Below, one piece after another: positions 1-4,669 of a DNA stretch of 4,669 nucleotides (positions are counted from its first letter, which is position 1; each line of letters opens with the position of its first letter). The DNA comes from a virus (lineage: Duplodnaviria > Heunggongvirae > Uroviricota > Caudoviricetes): IMG/VR virus record IMGVR_UViG_3300000289_000097. One strand, 5' to 3'. A program made the translations under genes and the position numbers. Under the pieces are notes generated by a model, which did no database searches, had not been told where the DNA came from, and saw nothing but the letters and a program-made list of their open reading frames with translations.

Positions 1-2762
1 AAACGTCTTGGTGCGGCGGATGTGGATAAATGGGCGCTGTATGTCATCGGCCAGTACTGCGACCAGTCAGTGCCGGACGGCTTTGGCGGCACGGAGCCGC
101 GCATCACCTGTAATGCGTACCTGACCACACAGCGCNNNNNNNNNNNNNNNNNNNNNNNNNNNNNNNNNNNNNNNNNNNNNNNNNNNNNNNNNNNNNNNNN
201 NNNNNNNNNNNNNNNNNNNNNNNNNNNNNNNNNNNNNNNNNNNNNNNNNNNNNNNNNNNNNNNNNNNNNNNNNNNNNNNNNNNNNNNNNNNNNNNNNNNN
301 NNNNNNNNNNNNNNNNNNNNNNNNNNNNNNNNNNNNNNNNNNNNNNNCGCGCCGTTCCGCTACAGCTTCAGCGCCCTGAAGGACCGCCATAATGCCGTTG
401 AGGTGAACTGGATTGACCCGAACAACGGCTGGGAGACGGCGACAGAGCTTGTTGAAGATACGCAGGCCATTGCCCGTTACGGTCGTAATGTCACGAAGAT
501 GGATGCCTTTGGCTGTACCAGCCGGGGGCAGGCACACCGCGCCGGGCTGTGGCTGATTAAAACGGAACTGCTGGAGACGCAGACCGTGGATTTCAGCGTG
601 GGTGCTGAAGGGCTTCGCCATGTACCGGGCGATGTCATTGAAATCTGCGATGATGACTATGCCGGTATCAGCACCGGTGGTCGCGTGCTGGCGGTGAACA
701 GCCAGACCCGGACGCTGACGCTCGACCGTGAAATCACGCTGCCATCCTCCGGTACCACGCTGATAAGCCTGGTTGACGGAAGTGGCAATCCGGTCAGCGT
801 GGAGGTCCAGTCCGTCACCGACGGCGTGAAGGTAAAAGTGAGCCGTGTTCCTGATGGCGTTGCCGGATACAGCGTATGGGGGCTGAAGCTGCCGACGCTG
901 CGCCAGCGCCTGTTCCGCTGCGTGAGTATCCGTGAGAACGACGACGGCACGTATGCCATCACCGCCGTGCAGCATGTACCGGAAAAAGAAGCTATCGTGG
1001 ATAACGGGGCGCACTTTGACGGCGACCAGAGCGGCACGGTGAATGGTGTCACGCCGCCAGCAGTGCAGCACCTGACTGCCGAAGTCACCGCAGACAGCGG
1101 GGAGTATCAGGTACTGGCCCGCTGGGACACGCCGAAGGTGGTGAAGGGCGTGAGTTTCATGCTTCGCCTGACCGTGGCAGCGGATGACGGCAGTGAGCGG
1201 CTGGTCAGCACGGCCCGGACGACGGAAACCACTTACCGCTTCACACAACTGGCTCTGGGGAACTACAGGCTGACAGTCCGGGCAGTAAATGCGTGGGGGC
1301 AGCAGGGCGATCCGGCNNNNNNNNNNAACTGGCGCTGGGAAACTACAGGCTGACAGTCCGGGCGGCAAATGCCTGGGGGCAGCAGGGCGATCCGGCATCG
1401 GTATCGTTCCGTATTGCCGCACCGGCAGCGCCGTCGCGGATTGAGCTGACGCCGGGCTATTTTCAGATAACCGCCACGCCGCATCTTGCGGTTTATGATC
1501 CGACGGTACAGTTTGAGTTCTGGTTCTCGGAAAAGCGGATTGCGGATATCAGGCAGGTTGAAACCACAGCACGCTATCTTGGCACGGCGCTGTACTGGAT
1601 AGCCGCCAGTATCAATATCAGGCCGGGCCATAATTATTATTTTTACGTTCGCAGTGTGAACACCGTTGGCAAATCGGCATTCGTGGAGGCTGTTGGTCAG
1701 CCGAGTGATGATGCATCCGGCTATCTGGATTTTTTCAAAGGCGAGATAGGGAAAACCCATCTGGCTCAGGAGCTGTGGACGCAGATTGATAACGGTCAGC
1801 TTGCGCCTGACCTGGCTGAAATCAGGACGTCCATAACGGATGTCAGCAATGAAATCACACAGACCGTCAATAAGAAACTGGAAGACCAGAGTGCAGCGAT
1901 CCAGCAGATACAGAAGGTTCAGGTTGATACAAATAATAATCTGAACAGCATGTGGGCTGTGAAGCTGCAGCAGATGCAGGACGGACGCCTTTATATCGCG
2001 GGTATCGGTGCCGGTATTGAGAACACCCCCGACGGCATGCAGAGTCAGGTGCTGCTGGCGGCAGACAGGATTGCGATGATTAATCCTGCAAATGGCAACA
2101 CAAAACCGATGTTTGTTGGTCAGGGTGATCAGATATTCATGAATGAAGTGTTCCTGAAATATCTGACGGCTCCCACCATTACCAGCGGCGGTAATCCTCC
2201 TGCATTTTCCCTGACACCGGACGGAAAGCTGACCGCTAAAAATGCAGATATCAGTGGCAGTGTGAATGCGAACTCCGGGACGCTCAACAACGTTACGATA
2301 AATGAGAACTGTCAGATTAAAGGGAAACTGTCAGCCAACCAGATTGAAGGCGATATTGTCAAAACAGTGGGTAAGGCTTTCCCGCGGGACTCCCGGGCAC
2401 CGGAGCGGTGGCCATCAGGGACCATTACCGTCAGGATTTATGACGATCAGCCTTTTGACAGGCAAATTGTTATTCCGGCGGTGGCATTCTGCGGCGCTAA
2501 ACATGAGCGGGAGAATAACGATATTTATTCGTCATGCCGCCTGATAGTGAAGAAAAATGGTGCTGAAATTTATAACCGTACCGCGCTGGATAATACGCTG
2601 ATTTACAGTGGTGTTATTGATATGCCAGCTGGTCACGGCCACATGACGCTGGAGTTTTCGGTGTCAGCATGGCTGGTAAATGACTGGTATCCCACAGCAA
2701 GTATCAGCGATTTGCTGGTTGTGGTGATGAAGAAAGCCACCGCAGGCATCAGTATCAGCTGA
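1..2762 (+). CDS. J: Host specificity protein J (central tail fibre / tail tip protein), 5'-partial and interrupted by assembly gaps
   Basis: Frame-1 ORF is open from base 1 (no upstream stop; the track's start at 22 is a GTG inside the ORF). Translation ([45 protein letters not shown] ... [119 protein letters not shown] ...) matches my recollection of phage lambda J nearly residue for residue. Reading continues after the 1317-1326 gap in frame 3 ([32 protein letters not shown] ... [38 protein letters not shown] ...) to TGA at 2760-2762. Frame 1 becomes frame 3 only because of the duplicated flank plus 10 N (80 bp); removing one copy and the gap restores a single frame. Expected position immediately upstream of lom. 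Confidence 0.9.
136..347. other. Assembly gap (212 N) inside J
   Basis: Run of 212 N. The J reading frame is identical on both sides of the run (ORF 22..1353 reads through as X residues), so the gap length is frame-compatible. Confidence 0.95.
1247..1396 (+). repeat. Near-identical 70-bp direct duplication (1247-1316 and 1327-1396) flanking a 10-N gap; probably unmerged overlapping contig ends
   Basis: Copy A aactggctctggggaactacaggctgacagtccgggcagtaaatgcgtgggggcagcagggcgatccggc versus copy B aactggcgctgggaaactacaggctgacagtccgggcggcaaatgcctgggggcagcagggcgatccggc: 5 mismatches in 70 bp. Both encode the same J segment ([12 protein letters not shown][V/A]NAWGQQGDP). Confidence 0.8.
1317..1326. 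other. Assembly gap (10 N placeholder)
   Basis: Ten N between the two duplicated copies; 10-N runs are commonly used as scaffold placeholders of unknown size. Confidence 0.9.
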
Positions 2763-2780
2763 ATTTTATAACCCATATAC

Positions 2781-2806
2781 GGGCGCCAGAAATGGCGCCT
2801 TTTTTA
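2781..2806 (+). terminator. Rho-independent terminator downstream of J
   Basis: GC stem GGGCGCC (2781-2787) / GGCGCC (2794-2799) with loop AGAAAT, followed by TTTTTTATT (2800-2808), starting 19 nt after the J stop codon. Confidence 0.7.
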
Positions 2807-2818
2807 TTGCAGAAAAGC

Positions 2819-2824
2819 GAGAGG
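2819..2824 (+). promoter_or_regulatory. Shine-Dalgarno sequence of lom
   Basis: GAGAGG located 5 nt upstream of the lom ATG at 2830. Confidence 0.7.
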
Positions 2825-2829
2825 TAATT

Positions 2830-3429
2830 ATGCGTAAAGTTTGTGCAGCCATTTTGTCCGCAGCCATCTGTCTGGCCGTATCCGGTGCGCCTGCATGGGC
2901 GTCTGAGCAGCAGGCCACACTGAGCGCAGGGTATCTTCATGCCCGTACGAACGCTCCCGGCAGCGATAATCTGAACGGGATTAACGTGAAATACCGTTAT
3001 GAGTTTACGGACACGCTGGGGCTGATTACGTCATTCAGTTATGCCAACGCTGAAGATGAGCAAAAAACGCATTACAGCGATACCCGCTGGCATGAAGATT
3101 CCGTGCGTAACCGCTGGTTCAGCGTGATGGCGGGGCCGTCTGTGCGCGTGAATGAATGGTTCAGCGCGTATGCGATGGCGGGTGTGGCTTACAGCCGTGT
3201 GTCGACTTTCTCCGGGGATTATCTGCAGGTGACCGACAATACGGGGAAAACGCACGATGTGCTGATCGGAAGTGATGACGGTCGCCACAGCAACACGTCT
3301 CTGGCGTGGGGGGCTGGCGTGCAGTTTAACCCGACCGAATCCGTGGCCGTTGATGTCGCTTATGAAGGTTCCGGCAGTGGCGACTGGCGCACTGACGGTT
3401 TCATCGTGGGTGTCGGTTATAAATTCTGA
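2830..3429 (+). CDS. lom: Lom outer-membrane protein (Ail/Lom/PagC/Rck family 8-stranded beta-barrel); prophage lysogenic-conversion gene
   Basis: Complete ORF, ATG 2830 to TGA 3427-3429, 199 aa. N-terminal signal peptide [24 protein letters not shown] followed by SEQQ (AxA cleavage motif). C-terminal ...[11 protein letters not shown], with terminal aromatic residue typical of outer-membrane beta-barrels. Translation is near-identical to lambda Lom as I recall it (e.g. [80 protein letters not shown]). Canonical position between J and stf. Confidence 0.95.
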   Translation: MRKVCAAILSAAICLAVSGAPAWASEQQATLSAGYLHARTNAPGSDNLNGINVKYRYEFTDTLGLITSFSYANAEDEQKTHYSDTRWHEDSVRNRWFSVMAGPSVRVNEWFSAYAMAGVAYSRVSTFSGDYLQVTDNTGKTHDVLIGSDDGRHSNTSLAWGAGVQFNPTESVAVDVAYEGSGSGDWRTDGFIVGVGYKF

Positions 3430-3455
3430 TTAGCCAGGTAACACAGTGTTATGAC

Positions 3456-3482
3456 AGCCCGCCGGTTCAGGCGGGCTTTTTT
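3456..3482 (+). terminator. Rho-independent terminator downstream of lom
   Basis: Stem AGCCCGCC (3456-3463) / GGCGGGCT (3470-3477) with loop GGTTCA, followed by a T-run (3477-3482), starting 26 nt after the lom stop codon. Confidence 0.75.
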
Positions 3483-3493
3483 GTGGGGTGAAT

Positions 3494-4669
3494 ATGGCAG
3501 TAAAGATTTCAGGTGTACTGAAAGACGGCACAGGAAAACCGGTACAGAACTGCACAATCCAGCTGAAAGCAAAACGTAACAGTACCACGGTGGTGGTGAA
3601 CACGCTGGCCTCAGAAAATCCGGATGAAGCCGGGCGTTACAGCATGGACGTTGAGTACGGTCAGTACAGCGTTATTCTGTTGGTGGAAGGATTCCCGCCG
3701 TCACATGCCGGGACCATCACCGTGTATGAAGATTCCCGACCCGGTACGCTGAATGATTTTCTCGGTGCCATGACGGAGGATGATGCCCGTCCTGAGGCAC
3801 TGCGCCGTTTTGAACTGATGGTGGAAGAGGTGGCGCGTAACGCGTCCGCGGTGGCACAGAACACGGCAGCCGCGAAGAAGTCAGCCAGCGATGCCAGCAC
3901 ATCAGCCCGTGAGGCGGCAACCCATGCGACTGATGCTGCAGGCTCAGCACGCGCAGCCAGCACGTCAGCCGGACAGGCTGCTTCGTCGGCTCAGTCAGCG
4001 TCTTCCAGCGCAGGAACGGCATCAACAAAGGCCACTGAAGCATTAAAAAGTGCTGCCGCTGCAGAGTCCTCAAAAAGCGCGGCGGCTACCAGTGCCGGTG
4101 CGGCGAAAACGTCAGAAACGAATGCGGCAGCGTCACAACAATCAGCAGCCACTTCTGCATCCACCGCGACCACGAAAGCGTCAGAAGCAGCCACTTCAGC
4201 ACGGGATGCGTCGGCTTCAAAAGAGGCGGCAAAATCATCAGAAACGAACGCATCATCAAGCGCCAGTAGTGCCGCTTCCTCGGCAACGGCGGCAGGAAAT
4301 TCCGCGAAGGCGGCAAAAACGTCCGAGACGAACGCTAAGTCTTCTGAGACGGCAGCGGGACAGAGCGCCTCAGCTGCGGCAGGCTCAAAAACAGCGGCTG
4401 CATCATCTGCCAGCGCCGCGTCAACAAGTGCCGGGCAGGCCTCAGCCAGTGCCACCGCCGCCGGAAAATCGGCAGAAAGCGCCGCATCATCCGCTTCAAC
4501 AGCCACAACGAAGGCTGGCGAAGCCACTGAACAGGCCAGCGCAGCAGCGAGTTCTGCTTCCGCAGCGAAGACATCCGAAACGAACGCGAAAGCGTCGGAA
4601 ACCAGCGCAGAATCCTCAAAAACGGCTGCCGCATCGTCCGCCAGTTCGGCGGCGTCATCGGCATCATCG
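3494..4669 (+). CDS. stf: Side tail fibre protein Stf, N-terminal 392 codons (3'-partial, continues beyond window)
   Basis: ATG at 3494 preceded by a G-rich stretch GTGGGGTGA (3483-3491); open frame with no stop to the window end (1176 nt = 392 codons). The ORF track omits it only because it lacks a stop. N-terminus MAVKISGVLKDGTGKPVQNCTIQLKAKRNSTTVVVNT.ASENPDEAGRYSMDVEYGQYSVIL...GFPPSHAGTITVYEDS.PGTLNDF matches my recollection of lambda Stf (orf-401), followed by the characteristic Ala/Ser/Thr-rich repeat region. Correct position downstream of lom. Confidence 0.9.
   Translation, partial: MAVKISGVLKDGTGKPVQNCTIQLKAKRNSTTVVVNTLASENPDEAGRYSMDVEYGQYSVILLVEGFPPSHAGTITVYEDSRPGTLNDFLGAMTEDDARPEALRRFELMVEEVARNASAVAQNTAAAKKSASDASTSAREAATHATDAAGSARAASTSAGQAASSAQSASSSAGTASTKATEALKSAAAAESSKSAAATSAGAAKTSETNAAASQQSAATSASTATTKASEAATSARDASASKEAAKSSETNASSSASSAASSATAAGNSAKAAKTSETNAKSSETAAGQSASAAAGSKTAAASSASAASTSAGQASASATAAGKSAESAASSASTATTKAGEATEQASAAASSASAAKTSETNAKASETSAESSKTAAASSASSAASSASS
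3840..4669 (+). repeat. Low-complexity Ala/Ser/Thr-rich coding repeat region within stf with recurring K-[TS]-S-E-T-N-A units
   Basis: Repeated DNA units aaaacgtcagaaacgaatgcg (~4106), aaatcatcagaaacgaacgca (~4231), aaaacgtccgagacgaacgct (~4315) and aagacatccgaaacgaacgcg (~4568) encode AKTSETNA / KSSETNA / AKTSETNA / AKTSETNA, embedded in SA-rich sequence (ASTSAGQAASSA, AATSAGAAKT ...). Confidence 0.8.

Noticed and set aside
67-1422. 451-aa minus-strand ORF overlapping J (also minus-strand ORFs 657..1088 and 1263..1760)
   Set aside because: They are antisense to a J reading frame that matches a known protein, they read through the N-gaps as X residues, and their translations are low-complexity Arg/Pro/Ala-rich with no recognisable domain. 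They are typical shadow ORFs of a GC-rich gene.
2302-2544. 80-aa plus-strand ORF in an alternative frame inside J
   Set aside because: It is fully embedded out of frame within the well-supported J coding sequence, has no RBS, and its translation is Arg-rich nonsense.
2700-2829. Possible sigma70 promoter for lom in the 3' end of J or the intergenic region (e.g. TTGCTG near 2713)
   Set aside because: No convincing -35/-10 pair with proper spacing could be identified by eye. The only candidate lies upstream of the terminator, so I did not annotate a promoter.
2755-2940. 61-aa minus-strand ORF spanning the J-lom intergenic region and the lom start
   Set aside because: It is antisense to the lom signal peptide and to the terminator, and is Cys/Arg-rich with no support; it is a spurious ORF.
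3031-3288. 85-aa minus-strand ORF inside lom
   Set aside because: It is antisense to the confidently identified lom and has no independent signals.
3661-4667. Series of minus-strand ORFs (3661..3963, 3717..4073, 3991..4527, 4086..4316, 4335..4667) opposite stf, including a 178-aa Ala-rich ORF
   Set aside because: They are artefacts of the GCN/NGC-rich codon composition of the stf Ala/Ser repeat region, where the antisense frames lack stops by chance. The sense strand encodes a protein that matches lambda Stf.
3840-4669. Ala/Ser/Thr-rich repeat tract considered as a possible independent low-complexity gene (collagen-like or ice-nucleation-like protein) or a non-coding tandem-repeat array
   Set aside because: It is contiguous and in frame with the lambda-like Stf N-terminus starting at 3494, and matches the known repetitive region of side tail fibre proteins.
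1-4669. Search for CRISPR arrays, tRNA or other RNA genes, insertion sequences, toxin-antitoxin pairs or defence-island genes
   Set aside because: I found no direct-repeat/spacer periodicity, no tRNA-like or terminal-inverted-repeat structures, and no unassigned ORF-sized space. The entire window is occupied by J, lom and stf.

Overview
This window is the tail-tip / host-range region of a lambda-like (lambdoid) siphovirus prophage, most likely in an Escherichia/enterobacterial draft assembly, since it contains two runs of N. All three genes are on the + strand in the canonical lambda order J - lom - stf. (1) The 3' ~2.7 kb of the host-specificity / central tail fibre gene J enters from the window start and ends at 2762; it is interrupted by a 212-nt N-gap and by a 10-nt N-gap flanked by a near-identical 70-bp duplication, which creates an apparent frameshift. 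(2) A complete lom gene (Ail/Lom/PagC-family outer-membrane beta-barrel, 199 aa) sits between two hairpin-plus-T-run intrinsic terminators. (3) The 5' 1176 nt of the side tail fibre gene stf runs off the window end and includes its Ala/Ser/Thr-rich repetitive region. I see no evidence of a novel defence or other undescribed system. What is worth a second look is the assembly artefact inside J, the J C-terminal receptor-binding allele, the terminator-bracketed lom unit and the stf repeats. All minus-strand ORFs in the track are antisense shadows of these genes. Protein identities are from my recollection of lambda J, Lom and Stf, not from a database search.
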